From Clostridia bacterium (GTDB lineage: Bacteria > Bacillota > Clostridia > UBA1381 > UBA9506): a stretch of 63,486 nucleotides of DNA. Within the stretch, counting starts at the first letter, position 1; each line of letters begins with the position of its first letter. Of this stretch, positions 9,570 to 20,087 are shown in pieces. The translations under genes were made by a program, and so were the position numbers. Below the pieces are notes generated by a model. It did no database searches and was not told the DNA's origin. It saw only the letters and a program-made list of their open reading frames with translations. Where the stretch lies: contig JAFQWH010000051.1 in the NCBI GenBank assembly GCA_017407515.1, forward strand, positions 1 through 63,486. Direction: 5' to 3'.

Positions 9570-10736
9570 TTATTCTCCCATCATGGGAACCAAGTACTTC
9601 GCCACTAAGCTAACCCCGTATGTATGCTCAGGAGCCCATTTGTTGCCCAGTTCCTCGGCGGTTGTAACCGTACCTGCCCAAGCGGTGCGGCTTGCTGTGT
9701 AATATCTGCCGTGAGGCTCGCCTACGGGTTCTAACCCTAAATATGCCGACATATGATTAAAATGGGCACGAACGCCATCGTCCGGAGTTGCAAAAGTTTC
9801 GTGGTCATAGGTGGCATCGCCGTTGGCTGTGGCAGTTTTAATACCTGCCCAGTTGTTCTGCTCCGGCAGAACTCTGCCGCCATATTTACCGTAGCCGGTT
9901 TCCTTTGCCGCCTGAGCATATAAAATCTCAGGACGGATACCGGTAATTTCGCCATATTTCCAGTAAATATCCGCAATATCAATAAACCGTTGATGTGCCC
10001 CCATCTGTGTTGCCCATTCCTTTGCCCGTTCCAGAGTTACCTGGCTTTCGCCTACCATGGGCGTACTGGTTGTAAACTCCAGCTCGCCCTTACCCTGGCG
10101 AATCTGAATCATTCTGTAAATGAAAACCGCAGCTTCCGCTCTGGTAACCGGGTCGTTGGGTCGGAGTAACTTTTCATTACCACGCAAAATACCACGTTCA
10201 ACCGCAATAGCAACCTGCGTTTTAATGTCTGACTGTACATGGTCGCAATCTATAAAACCTGTCTCTAAAATATCTTTATCAAACAGATTGTTCGAAGCTG
10301 AAAGCCCCATGCCGTTTACAATAGTCGCCGCAACCTCCTGACGGGTGAAGGCCTTCTCCGGCACAAACTGGTTCACCGGTAAAAACGGTTCTTTGGGAAA
10401 ATAGGCCTTTGTTGCCTCAATATAAGGCAGGGACCAGCTCTCAGCCGGAACATCTACATAGGTCTGCGTCGGGTTTTCTTCCGGCTCAATGGATAAAGAG
10501 AGTGCCAGCATTTTCGCAAACTGCTCCTTGGTCACCTGCTCGTCCGGTGCAAACTTTCCCTCACCGATGCCGGCGATAATATCTTCAGATGCAAGATGCG
10601 TAATGGCCTCTTTTGCCCAGTCATGGTTCTTGGTTACGTCTTTAAATGAAATAGCCTGTCCTGTTATTATACCGGCAGTATTCATTGCCAGAAAAATTGT
10701 CAGCACAAAAGACAGGTATACGATTTTTTTAAACAT
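9570..10736 (-). CDS. SLH-domain cell-wall N-acetylglucosaminidase (GH73-like)
   Basis: Signal peptide and SLH repeats (FKDV..WAKEAI..IIAGIG.GKFAPD). C-terminal glucosaminidase motif (LYAQAAKETGYGKYGG...NNWAGIK). Confidence 0.85.
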   Translation of the reverse strand: MFKKIVYLSFVLTIFLAMNTAGIITGQAISFKDVTKNHDWAKEAITHLASEDIIAGIGEGKFAPDEQVTKEQFAKMLALSLSIEPEENPTQTYVDVPAESWSLPYIEATKAYFPKEPFLPVNQFVPEKAFTRQEVAATIVNGMGLSASNNLFDKDILETGFIDCDHVQSDIKTQVAIAVERGILRGNEKLLRPNDPVTRAEAAVFIYRMIQIRQGKGELEFTTSTPMVGESQVTLERAKEWATQMGAHQRFIDIADIYWKYGEITGIRPEILYAQAAKETGYGKYGGRVLPEQNNWAGIKTATANGDATYDHETFATPDDGVRAHFNHMSAYLGLEPVGEPHGRYYTASRTAWAGTVTTAEELGNKWAPEHTYGVSLVAKYLVPMMGE

Positions 10737-10795
10737 TTTTTACCTCCTAAAAAGTTCTCCTTTTTATTTTTATGAGGTCTTGTCCGTAATTATGC

Positions 10796-11918
10796 TTATT
10801 TTAAGTTTAAAGTACCCAAACTTGCCGCTTTTAAGTAAGCATTGATAAACGGATCCAAATCCCCGTCCATAACGGCACCGGTGTTACCGGTTTCGTGAGA
10901 GGTACGGTGGTCTTTTACCATGCTGTACGGGTGGAAAACATAAGACCGAATCTGGCTACCCCAGGCAATATCTTTCATATCGCCCTTTAAGTCTTCAATT
11001 TTTTCTTTATGTTCCCGTTCTGCCATTTCCACAAGCTTTGCTTTCAGCATTTTCATGGCCGTATCCTTGTTCTGGTGCTGAGAACGCTCGTTCTGACAGG
11101 CAACCACAACGCCGGTGGGGATATGGGTAATACGGATTGCAGAGTCTGTCTTATTAACGTGCTGTCCGCCGGCACCGCCGGAACGGAAGGTATCAATTTT
11201 TAAATCATCAGGGTTAATGTTAACCTCAATATCGTCGCTGATTTCCGGCATAACATCAACCGAAACAAAGGACGTATGCCGTCTGCCGGAGGCATCAAAG
11301 GGCGAAATACGCACTAGGCGATGTACCCCTTTTTCCGCCTTGGCATAGCCATAGGCATTATCCCCGCTAATCTGAATGGTAACGCTTTTAACGCCGGCTT
11401 CGTCACCTGCTAAATAGTCTAAGGTTTCAACAGAGAAACCGCGGCGTTCTGCCCAATGCTGATACATTCTCAGAAGCATTTCCGCCCAGTCCTGTGCCTC
11501 AGTACCGCCGGCACCGGGGTGCAGGGATAAAATAGCGTTATTAGCATCATACTTGCCGGAAAGGAGCGTATCCAGTCGCAAGGTCTCTAAATCTTCAGAC
11601 AACTTTTTATAGCTTTCTTCCACTTCCGGAAGCAGGCTGTCATCATTTTCTTCAATCGCAAGCTCGCAAAGGGTCAGGGCATCTTCCCAGGCACCGTATA
11701 AGTTATTATACCGGCCCACCTTTGCCTTTAATTGCTTTAATTTCTGGAGTACTTTTTGGGAAGCATCCATATCATTCCAGAACTCCGCATCGGAGGACTG
11801 TTCTTCTAAGGCTTTTATTTCCTGTTCTGTCTTGGGGACTTCAAAGTGAATCCCTCAGTTCTAAAATAACATCCTTCATGGCATGAAGGTCAAGACGATA
11901 CTGATCGTACTCTATCAT
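10796..11918 (-). CDS. prfB: peptide chain release factor 2, requires programmed +1 frameshift
   Basis: Frame 0 runs from ATG 11918 for 25 codons (MIEYDQYRLDLHAMKDVILELRDSL) and ends CTT TGA. The +1 frame continues EVPKTEQEIKALEE...SPF...GGQHVNK to the stop at 10796. The ORF track shows only 10796-11770. Confidence 0.93.
11841..11856 (-). other. prfB +1 frameshift site (SD-like GAGGGA, then CTT TGA A)
   Basis: Minus strand reads GAGGGATTCACTTTGA. CTT is at 11846-11844 and the in-frame TGA at 11843-11841. The SD-like element lies a few nt upstream, as in the canonical RF2 autoregulatory site. Confidence 0.9.
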
Positions 11919-11955
11919 ATTTTCAGTCCTTTCATAAAAGAAAATTTATTTTAGC

Positions 11956-14685
11956 TTACTCCTCTGCACCGCAGCATTTTTTGTATTTTTTGCCGGAGCC
12001 GCAGGGGCAAAGGTCATTTCTGCCTACTTTGTCTGTTTTCTTTACCGGTTTCTTTTCCTCGTCACCGGCAAGGCCGGCACGAACAGGCTCCGCCTGAGCT
12101 TTTCTTTCCGGTGGTGCTTCCAGCCGCATGTTAAACAGATGCCGAATGGTGTCTTCCCGAATGGCGGCAATCATTTCTTCAAACATATTGTAGCCTTCAA
12201 ACTTAAATTCCACAACGGGGTCACGCTGTGCGTAAGCACGAAGGTTAATACCGTTTCTTAACTGATCCATATCGTCAATATGGTCCATCCACTTGCTGTC
12301 AACTGCACGGAGCAGAACCACTCGTTCAAGCTCACGCATGGGTTCTTCCGTAAACTCAGCCTCTTTCTTTTCATATAACGCAAGGCCGGCAGCATACAGC
12401 TGTTCTTTTAATTCGTCTTTTGTGAGATACTCTAAGTCTTCCCGGCTAAAGGTAACGGTGCCTGCCGGCAGATAAATCGTCTCTAAATATTCCAAAAGCC
12501 CGGTCAGGTTCCACTCATCAGCACCCTCGCTGCTGCCGGTATACCGGTCAACAACCTCGTCAATTAAGTCTTTTAACATCTTCAAGATACTGTCTTTTAC
12601 GCTTTGACCGTTTAAAACAGTCTGACGCTGACCGTAAATAATCTCACGCTGCTGGTTCATAACATCGTCATACTGCAGAACGTGCTTACGAATCTGGAAG
12701 TTCTTGCCCTCAACTCGCTTCTGTGCACTTTCAATGGCATTAGACAGAATTTTGTGTTCAATGGGCTGGTCTTCTTCAAGACCCAACGCCCCTACAACGG
12801 CTGCCATACGATCAGAGCCAAAGAGACGCATTAAATCATCTTCTAAGGAAATATAGAACCGGGAAGCACCGGGGTCACCCTGACGGCCGGCACGACCGCG
12901 AAGCTGGTTATCAATACGGCGGGATTCATGCCGCTCTGTACCGATGATGAAAAGACCCCCTGCCTGGCGGACTTTTTCTGCCTCGGGTGCAATTTCCTCT
13001 TTAAATTTCTCAATCAGTTCAGCATACAGCTTTCTGGCTTCCTTAATTTCAACATCATCGGTTTCGGAAAAGCCCATAGCCTCGGAAATCAACTCATCAG
13101 AAAGGCCCTGCTTCTTCATTTCGTGCTTTGCCAAAAATTCAGCATTACCGCCCAGCATAATATCGGTACCACGGCCTGCCATGTTGGTGGCAATGGTAAC
13201 AGCACCGAGTTTACCTGCCTGAGCAATAATCTCTGCTTCCTTTTCGTGGTACTTAGCGTTTAACACCTCGTGACGAATGCCACGACGCTTAAGCATAGAA
13301 GAAAGCTGTTCCGATTTTTCAATGGTAACCGTACCCACAAGGACCGGCTGTCCCTTTTCATGGCACGCAACCACCTGCTCTACCACGGCGTTTAACTTAC
13401 CACGTTCGGTTTTATAAACAGAATCGGACAAGTCCTTTCGAATCATTTCCCGGTTAGTGGGAATTTCAATAACGTCCAGCTTATAAATATCCTGGAACTC
13501 TTCTTCCTCGGTAAGAGCCGTACCGGTCATACCGGAAAGCTTGTTGTACAAACGGAAGTAGTTCTGGAAGGTAATGGTTGCCAGGGTTTTGCTTTCCCGT
13601 TCAACCTTAACACCCTCTTTTGCCTCGATGGCCTGATGCAGGCCGTCAGAGTAGCGTCTGCCCATCATCAGTCGGCCGGTAAATTCGTCAACAATAATGA
13701 TTTCGCCGTCTTTGTTAACATAGTCAATATCCCGGTGCATAATGCCGTGAGCACGAATTGCCTGGTTAATATGGTGCTGCAGAGTCATGTTCTCCGGGTC
13801 AGAAAAATTCTCAAGATTAAAGGCCTTTTCCGCTTTGGCAATACCCTGCTTTGTCAGGGTTGCGGTATGTGCCTTTTCGTCTACGATATAATCTGCCTGA
13901 ATCTCGTCATCTAATTCTTTATCGTTCGCCTCAGTCACCTTATGGCAGGTTAAGTTTCTTGCAAAGCGGTCTGCCACATGGTAAAGCTCTGTGGATTTAT
14001 CCCCCACGCCGGAGATAATTAACGGGGTTCTTGCTTCGTCAATTAAAATAGAGTCAACCTCGTCCACAATGGCATAATGCTGGCCACGCTGCACCATCTG
14101 TTCTTTATAAATTACCATATTGTCACGGAGATAGTCAAAGCCGAATTCGTTATTGGTACCGTAGGTGATGTCGGCTTCGTAGTTTGCTTTTCTCTCCCCG
14201 GGAGCAATGTCATGAATAATCAGACCAACCGTAAGACCTAAAAACTTAAAGACCTTACCCATCCACTCACTGTCACGCTTAGCCAGGTAATCATTCACCG
14301 TAACGATATGAACACCTTTTCCCTCTAAGGCGTTTAAATAAGCCGGCAGGGTTGAAACCAGGGTTTTACCTTCACCGGTTTTCATCTCGGAAATTCTACC
14401 TTGATGGAGGACAATACCGCCCATAATCTGCACGTAAAAATGCTTCATGCCAAGAACACGCCACGCCGCTTCACGAACGGTGGCAAAGGCTTCCGGCAAC
14501 AAATCGTCTAAGGTTTCGCCCTGAGACAGACGGGCTTTAAACTCGGCGGTTTTTGCCTTTAAAGCATCATCAGACAGCTTTGAAAATTCTTCTTCCAAAG
14601 CTATAACACGGTCAGCAATGGGGCGAACACGTTTAAGCTCACGGTCGCTGTATTTTCCCAGAATTTTTTCTAAAAACTTTTTCAT
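11956..14685 (-). CDS. secA: preprotein translocase ATPase SecA
   Basis: Full-length SecA with DEAD-like motor motifs and a C-terminal zinc-binding tail, [14 protein letters not shown]. The likely start is [10 protein letters not shown] at 14685. An alternative ATG is at 14697. The ORF-track start at 14793 is too long. Confidence 0.95.
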   Translation of the reverse strand: MKKFLEKILGKYSDRELKRVRPIADRVIALEEEFSKLSDDALKAKTAEFKARLSQGETLDDLLPEAFATVREAAWRVLGMKHFYVQIMGGIVLHQGRISEMKTGEGKTLVSTLPAYLNALEGKGVHIVTVNDYLAKRDSEWMGKVFKFLGLTVGLIIHDIAPGERKANYEADITYGTNNEFGFDYLRDNMVIYKEQMVQRGQHYAIVDEVDSILIDEARTPLIISGVGDKSTELYHVADRFARNLTCHKVTEANDKELDDEIQADYIVDEKAHTATLTKQGIAKAEKAFNLENFSDPENMTLQHHINQAIRAHGIMHRDIDYVNKDGEIIIVDEFTGRLMMGRRYSDGLHQAIEAKEGVKVERESKTLATITFQNYFRLYNKLSGMTGTALTEEEEFQDIYKLDVIEIPTNREMIRKDLSDSVYKTERGKLNAVVEQVVACHEKGQPVLVGTVTIEKSEQLSSMLKRRGIRHEVLNAKYHEKEAEIIAQAGKLGAVTIATNMAGRGTDIMLGGNAEFLAKHEMKKQGLSDELISEAMGFSETDDVEIKEARKLYAELIEKFKEEIAPEAEKVRQAGGLFIIGTERHESRRIDNQLRGRAGRQGDPGASRFYISLEDDLMRLFGSDRMAAVVGALGLEEDQPIEHKILSNAIESAQKRVEGKNFQIRKHVLQYDDVMNQQREIIYGQRQTVLNGQSVKDSILKMLKDLIDEVVDRYTGSSEGADEWNLTGLLEYLETIYLPAGTVTFSREDLEYLTKDELKEQLYAAGLALYEKKEAEFTEEPMRELERVVLLRAVDSKWMDHIDDMDQLRNGINLRAYAQRDPVVEFKFEGYNMFEEMIAAIREDTIRHLFNMRLEAPPERKAQAEPVRAGLAGDEEKKPVKKTDKVGRNDLCPCGSGKKYKKCCGAEE

Positions 14686-14852
14686 GTATTGATTCATTCC
14701 TTTCCGGACAATCACAAATTCCGTTACAACTAGTATACCACAGAAAAGGCAGGTTATGGTATAAACTTTTTGTAAACAGATAAAATGCACCATAGTACTC
14801 TATATTGTATCATAAATTTGCCCTAAGGTAAAGGGATTTCGCAATAAAATCC

Positions 14853-14881
14853 TTGATTTTCCAAGTAAAATGCGTTATACT
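14853..14881 (+). promoter_or_regulatory. sigma-A type promoter for gltX, TTGATT-17-TATACT
   Basis: Hexamers lie at 14853-14858 and 14876-14881. The leader is only about 25 nt, so there is no room for a T-box. Confidence 0.55.
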
Positions 14882-14907
14882 AGAAATAATGAAAGGATGA
14901 TGCAGAC

Positions 14908-16359
14908 ATGACAAAAATTAGAACTCGTTTTGCACCCAGCCCTACGGGCTATATGCATATCGGTAACCTGCGTACAGCCCTGTATGCTTACCTGATTACC
15001 AAGCACGCAGGCGGCGATTTTATTTTAAGAATTGAGGACACCGACCAGGAACGCTATGTTGACGGCGCCGTTGATTTAATATACAGAACTCTGGCTGAAA
15101 CCGGCCTGATTCACGACGAAGGTCCCGACATTGGCGGCAACTACGGTCCGTATATCCAGAGCGAACGTTTAGGCTTATACCAGGAATACGCTAAAAAACT
15201 GGTTGAGCTGGGCGGTGCTTACTACTGCTTCTGCGACAAGGAAAGGCTGGACGGTCTCCGTGCACAGCAGGAGGCAGCAAAGCTCATGCCGAAATACGAT
15301 GGTCACTGTGCCCATCTTTCCAAGGAAGAAATTGAGGAAAAGCTCGCAAGCGGCGTGCCTTACGTTATCCGCCAGAGAATTCCCCACCACGGAACTACCA
15401 GCTTTATTGACGAAATCTACGGTAAAATCACTGTGGATAACGCAACCCTGGATGATAACATTCTCTTAAAGTCTGATGGCTACCCCACCTATAACTTTGC
15501 AAATGTTATTGATGACCACTTAATGAACATTACCCATATTATCCGCGGTAGTGAGTATCTGTCCTCTACCCCGAAATATAATTTATTGTATGAAGCCTTT
15601 GGTTGGGAAATTCCTACCTATATTCACGTTTCCCCCGTTATGCGTGATGCTCACAAAAAGCTGAGTAAGCGTGAGGGTGATGCTTCTTATGAGGACTTTA
15701 TCAATAAGGGTTACTTAAAAGAGGCTGTTTTAAACTACATTGCTCTCTTAGGCTGGAGTCCGGGCGGTGAGCAGGAAATCTTTACCTTAGAGGAAATGAT
15801 TGAAGCCTTTGATATTCGCGGAATCAGCAAATCTCCTGCTATTTTTGACCCCCAGAAGCTTAATTGGTTAAACGGTGAATACATCAGAAAGCTGTCCCCC
15901 GAAGCGTTTTACGAAAAGGCTCTGCCTTACTTAAAGGAAGCTATTAAAAGCGAAAACGTTGACCTTGCAAAGGCTGCTAAACTGCTGCATGACCGTACGG
16001 AAAAGCTTTCCGACATTCCCGAGCAGCTTGACTTTATCGATAGCCTGCCTGAGTACGACCCGGCACTTTACTGCCACAAGAAAATGAAGACCAACGAGGA
16101 AAATTCTCTTGATTCCTTAAAAGAAATTCTTCCCGTTTTAGAGGGCATCTCTGACTGGAGCTATGACGCTCTCCACGAAGCCCTGTTTGCACTCATTGAA
16201 AAATTGGGTGTGAAAAACGGTCTGATTCTCTGGCCCTTGCGTGTGGCTGTTTCCGGTAAAGCCTTTACTCCCGGCGGCGGCGTTGAACTGGCTGAGCTCT
16301 TAGGAAAAGAAGAAACCTTGGAAAGAGTTAAAAAAGGTATTGAAATTCTTTCTAAATAA
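14908..16359 (+). CDS. gltX: glutamate--tRNA ligase
   Basis: HIGN (HIGH-type) and KLSKR (KMSKS-type) class I signatures. 483 aa. Confidence 0.95.
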   Translation: MTKIRTRFAPSPTGYMHIGNLRTALYAYLITKHAGGDFILRIEDTDQERYVDGAVDLIYRTLAETGLIHDEGPDIGGNYGPYIQSERLGLYQEYAKKLVELGGAYYCFCDKERLDGLRAQQEAAKLMPKYDGHCAHLSKEEIEEKLASGVPYVIRQRIPHHGTTSFIDEIYGKITVDNATLDDNILLKSDGYPTYNFANVIDDHLMNITHIIRGSEYLSSTPKYNLLYEAFGWEIPTYIHVSPVMRDAHKKLSKREGDASYEDFINKGYLKEAVLNYIALLGWSPGGEQEIFTLEEMIEAFDIRGISKSPAIFDPQKLNWLNGEYIRKLSPEAFYEKALPYLKEAIKSENVDLAKAAKLLHDRTEKLSDIPEQLDFIDSLPEYDPALYCHKKMKTNEENSLDSLKEILPVLEGISDWSYDALHEALFALIEKLGVKNGLILWPLRVAVSGKAFTPGGGVELAELLGKEETLERVKKGIEILSK

Positions 16360-16363
16360 AACA

Positions 16364-16398
16364 AAATAAAAAGACCACCCTAGGGTGGTCTTTTTTTA
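16364..16398. terminator. bidirectional terminator between convergent gltX and the MFS gene
   Basis: AGACCACCC-TA-GGGTGGTCT stem flanked by an A-run and a T-run. Confidence 0.8.
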
Positions 16399-17616
16399 TT
16401 CTTTATCTGTCTCCATCTTCTTCTGCCAAGGCCCGGTGCACAAAAAGCAAATCACAGTGCCCAGAGCCGCTATGGCAAACCAAACCAAGAGGGTTTTATC
16501 CCAGCCCAGTTTTTCCGATAACACCGCTATACCGTAGGTCGAAATAGCACTACCGATATACACGCAGGAATTTAAGATGCCGGAAACGGTGGAAACATTA
16601 CCTGTTTTTGCAAAGTAAGGCGGAATCATACCAATTAAAATCAGGTTTACGCCGTGCATACTGCCGGTCAGAAGTGCTGAGAACAAAACGGACAAAGCCG
16701 CAATTTTATATCCCGATAAAAAGAACAGCACTAAGGAAGCTATGCTTCCCACAGCAAAAATTACCCCCGAACAAAGTACGGGATTGCTGATTTTTTTCGT
16801 ATACAGCATTTCCGATACATTGGTGCTGAGAATCGTAAAAATCGGCAGAATTACGCCGGTCAAAATTGAAATAACATTACTTAAATTACAAGTTTCCGAA
16901 ATGTATGTAGGAATCCAGGTGGTAACACCATCGCGAAGCATTCCCATTAAAATAATGGAAAACATAATGACCAAAAGCAAAGGCGAAAAGAGCCCTGCTT
17001 GCTTCCCTGTTTCAGCCTTCGGCTTAGCAAAAACCGTGTTAACCGAAACCTCAGGACAATTTTTTTGCCATACAACCATCATAATAATTCCGCAAACCGC
17101 TGAGAAGATAAACATAGCACGCCAACTGAAAAAAGAAATTAAAACCGGAGCAATTAAATACACTAAAATCGTACCGATAGAAGCACCCCAGTTCACGCGG
17201 ACAATAGAACGGCTGTAATCCTCAGGAGAGAAAATACTTGCCATCATTCGTACCATAGGCGGCCACATAAATGCCTGTGCAAAGCCGTTAACGCACCAAA
17301 CGCAAAGCATAGCGTATGCATTGGGGCAAAGGGGAATCAGCAAATTCATAACGGTAGTAACGCCCAAACCTAAAAGCAAAAGCCTTTTCGGTGAAAATTT
17401 ATCTCCACAGATGCCGCTGACAATCTGACCGGCACCGTAGGTAATAAAACTACCGGTAACAGAAAGAGATAAAAGGGACTTGCTAATACCCGTGTCCGTT
17501 ACCATCTCTAAAATAACCGCACCGAAATTGATACGGGTGATATAGCTGACCATATAACAGCACGCAAAAATAAAGATTATCTGATTGATTTTTTTCTTAT
17601 CCTGTAAAAATGCCAT
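16396..17616 (-). CDS. MFS transporter (organophosphate/sugar-phosphate antiporter-like)
   Basis: About 12 TM helices. The N-terminal YITRINFG-type motif is typical of the GlpT/UhpC group. Substrate is unknown. Confidence 0.8.
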   Translation of the reverse strand: MAFLQDKKKINQIIFIFACCYMVSYITRINFGAVILEMVTDTGISKSLLSLSVTGSFITYGAGQIVSGICGDKFSPKRLLLLGLGVTTVMNLLIPLCPNAYAMLCVWCVNGFAQAFMWPPMVRMMASIFSPEDYSRSIVRVNWGASIGTILVYLIAPVLISFFSWRAMFIFSAVCGIIMMVVWQKNCPEVSVNTVFAKPKAETGKQAGLFSPLLLVIMFSIILMGMLRDGVTTWIPTYISETCNLSNVISILTGVILPIFTILSTNVSEMLYTKKISNPVLCSGVIFAVGSIASLVLFFLSGYKIAALSVLFSALLTGSMHGVNLILIGMIPPYFAKTGNVSTVSGILNSCVYIGSAISTYGIAVLSEKLGWDKTLLVWFAIAALGTVICFLCTGPWQKKMETDKE

Positions 17617-17618
17617 TT

Positions 17619-18395
17619 TTATTTATCTCCTTTAATTGCCTTTGTCAGAACCCGAAGTTGGTTTTCTTTATACAAAGCTTTTAAGTCTTCACCCAAAGCT
17701 CCGTCTGTTACATAACAGTACTCCGGCTTCATATCGTCAAGCTTTAACAGAGCCCTGCTTTCAAACTTACTGCTGTCCGCCAAAATATACGCCTCATCAG
17801 CAATCTCCAGCAGCTTTTTCTGCGGAGCAAATAAATCCTGCTGATAATCGCAAATACCAAACTGTAAAGACACCGCTGACGGAAAAATAAAGGACTTTTG
17901 CACATGAAGACTTTCCATGGTTTGCAACGTTAACGCCCCGTAAAAGGCATTTTCCTCCCGCAGGTATGTGCCGCCGCAGAGAATGACTGTGAAAGATTCC
18001 CGCAGGGTTTCAAAAACATCTGATGAATGGGTTACCACCGTCAGATTGTTAAAATGTTCCTTTAAAACTTCTGCAAAAATTGCCGCCGTACTACCAGCAT
18101 CAATACCGATATAGTCTCCCTCCGAAATAAAACTCATAGCAATTTCAGAAAGCTCCCGCTTTTTCTCGCTATGCTCCCTGTTTCGCCGGGGAAGTTCGTA
18201 ATAGGGTTTCATACCGCCGGTGGCAACAGCACCGCCATGGACTCGGTTTAATAAACCAGCTTCTTCCATTAACAGCAAATCCCGACGGACCGTTTCAATG
18301 GAAACACCGAAAGCCTGCACCAAATGTTTCGTGGTTACAGCACCGTTCTTTTGAAGCATTTCCCGAATCTGTTTCTGCCGTTCTTCTGCAAACAT
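17619..18395 (-). CDS. DeoR-family transcriptional regulator
   Basis: N-terminal wHTH (RQKQIREMLQKNGAVTTKHLVQAFGVSIETVRRDL) and a DeoR C-terminal sugar-phosphate-binding domain. The likely start is MFAEERQ at 18395. Confidence 0.88.
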   Translation of the reverse strand: MFAEERQKQIREMLQKNGAVTTKHLVQAFGVSIETVRRDLLLMEEAGLLNRVHGGAVATGGMKPYYELPRRNREHSEKKRELSEIAMSFISEGDYIGIDAGSTAAIFAEVLKEHFNNLTVVTHSSDVFETLRESFTVILCGGTYLREENAFYGALTLQTMESLHVQKSFIFPSAVSLQFGICDYQQDLFAPQKKLLEIADEAYILADSSKFESRALLKLDDMKPEYCYVTDGALGEDLKALYKENQLRVLTKAIKGDK

Positions 18396-18520
18396 TTGCA
18401 ACCATCTCCAATCATATGCATATAATACCACACAAATACAACAATGTCAACAGAAAGTTTTCCGCATATTTTATGTCCCCCTGCCATATACTGTACCATC
18501 AAAAGAAAGGGGACAAGAAC

Positions 18521-19216
18521 ATGGAACAGGTTTATAGAAGACGAAGCTCTGAGAGCAGTGCACGGCTACGATATACCGGCACAAAAACGCCCTCTCCTTA
18601 TAAAAAAACTTTGGTTAAGCAGTCTGTTTTTTGCCTGCTTGTATTCGCCTTTTGCCTCTTTGTTAAGGTTACGCCCAACCGGGCTTTATTGCCGGCAAAA
18701 AACAGTATCAACCTGATTATAAACACCAAAACAGATCTAACGAAAATTCCCGGACAGATTCAAAGCTTTTTCACCTCTTTAACTGCGAAAGATACAGAAA
18801 GCAATTTGGGCGATAAAGAGCTGTTAACCCGCCTGGTAAAACCCGTAGAAGCACCGCTAACTTCCCCCTTCGGCCTGCGAACTGACCCCGAAAATAATGA
18901 GGAAGCCTTTCATTACGGGGTGGATTTAGGAGCACCCATGGGAGAAAAAATTAAATGTGCCGCAGAGGGCGAAGCCACGGAAGTTGGAGAAAATGCCGAA
19001 TACGGAAACTATATTGTGGTTCGCCACTCTGAAACGGTTTATACCTTGTATGCCCACTGTCAGGAGGTTCTCCCCAAAACCGGAGATGCCATCACCGCCG
19101 GTCAAGTCATTGCTACCGTGGGTGATACCGGCAACGCTACCGGCCCCCACCTCCACTTTGAGATACGGGACGGCGAAACCTGGCTGGACCCGGCTAAGTT
19201 TTTAGAGCTTAGCTAA
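18521..19216 (+). CDS. M23 (LytM) family metallopeptidase, membrane anchored, in the SpoIVFA-equivalent position
   Basis: One TM helix. The M23 catalytic motifs HYGVD (HxxxD) and HLHFE (HxH) are intact. It lies immediately upstream of the spoIVFB-like gene. GGGGA RBS precedes ATG 18521. Confidence 0.8.
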   Translation: MEQVYRRRSSESSARLRYTGTKTPSPYKKTLVKQSVFCLLVFAFCLFVKVTPNRALLPAKNSINLIINTKTDLTKIPGQIQSFFTSLTAKDTESNLGDKELLTRLVKPVEAPLTSPFGLRTDPENNEEAFHYGVDLGAPMGEKIKCAAEGEATEVGENAEYGNYIVVRHSETVYTLYAHCQEVLPKTGDAITAGQVIATVGDTGNATGPHLHFEIRDGETWLDPAKFLELS

Positions 19217-19229
19217 AAGGAGAATCGGC

Positions 19230-20087
19230 ATGATAAAAATTACCCGATTTTTTTACATACACTGGCTTGTCCTGCCTCTGTTTCTCCTGTCCTACGTATC
19301 AGGCGGATTCCACACCATGCTGACCGCCTACGCCGTTGTGTTTGTGCATGAGCTGTTTCACTTATTTGCTACTCTTTTAGTCAGAGAACGGGTGGGCTCT
19401 GTAATCATTATGCCTTTTGGCATGACCCTCCGCTTATCGGCACGCATTGTCCGTCAGCCGGGAAAAGAGATTTTTATCGCCTTAGCAGGCCCTTTTTCAA
19501 ATCTTTTAATGCTTTTTATAACTTACGCGTTAAGAGCAAGAATTCCCGTTTTACCTATGAGCCTTTATGTCTTTTGGTTTTTAAACCTTGCCGTTCTCTT
19601 GTTAAATCTCCTGCCCTGCCTGCCCTTAGACGGCGGCAGGGTGTTAAAAGCCATTTTGACTTGTCGCTTAGGGTACTTATCTGCCGCTTCCATTATGCGG
19701 CGGACAACCCATGTTATGACGGCAGTCCTTTTGTGCCTGGGCATCAGCCTTTTGGTAATCAGCCGGCTAAACATCAGCCTGTTAATGGCGGCAGGCTTTT
19801 TAACTCTCCACATGGCTGAGGAAAAACGCCGGAACGAATATATCTTAATGCAAGAGCTGTTATACACCAAAAATAAGCTGAGAAAAAAGGGGCTGATGCG
19901 TTCCCGCTTACTCTCAGCCATGGATTCCGTTCAGGCAAAAGATGTGTTTAAAATGCTGAGCTACGAAAGCTACTACATCATTCATATTGTAGACGAAAAT
20001 CAAAACCACCTACGCTCCGTAACCGAAGCACAGGTGGTGGATGCTATTTTAAAGAAAGGCTGGCATATTTTCCTCCGGGATATTTAG
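19230..20087 (+). CDS. spoIVFB: M50 site-2 metalloprotease, SpoIVFB-like
   Basis: HELFH zinc motif in a TM helix, the NLLPCLPLDGG motif, and a C-terminal CBS-like domain. Confidence 0.8.
   Translation: MIKITRFFYIHWLVLPLFLLSYVSGGFHTMLTAYAVVFVHELFHLFATLLVRERVGSVIIMPFGMTLRLSARIVRQPGKEIFIALAGPFSNLLMLFITYALRARIPVLPMSLYVFWFLNLAVLLLNLLPCLPLDGGRVLKAILTCRLGYLSAASIMRRTTHVMTAVLLCLGISLLVISRLNISLLMAAGFLTLHMAEEKRRNEYILMQELLYTKNKLRKKGLMRSRLLSAMDSVQAKDVFKMLSYESYYIIHIVDENQNHLRSVTEAQVVDAILKKGWHIFLRDI

Noticed and set aside
12928-13263. Numerous 60-140 aa ORFs antisense to or out of frame with secA, argS, ddl, the 1150-aa gene and others
   Set aside because: All are nested within strongly supported long genes, lack RBSs and have skewed composition. 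I treat them as frame artefacts.
14686-14907. T-box leaders for gltX, argS or thrC
   Set aside because: The gltX promoter is only about 25 nt from the start codon. argS and thrC directly follow upstream genes. No specifier or T-box sequence was seen.
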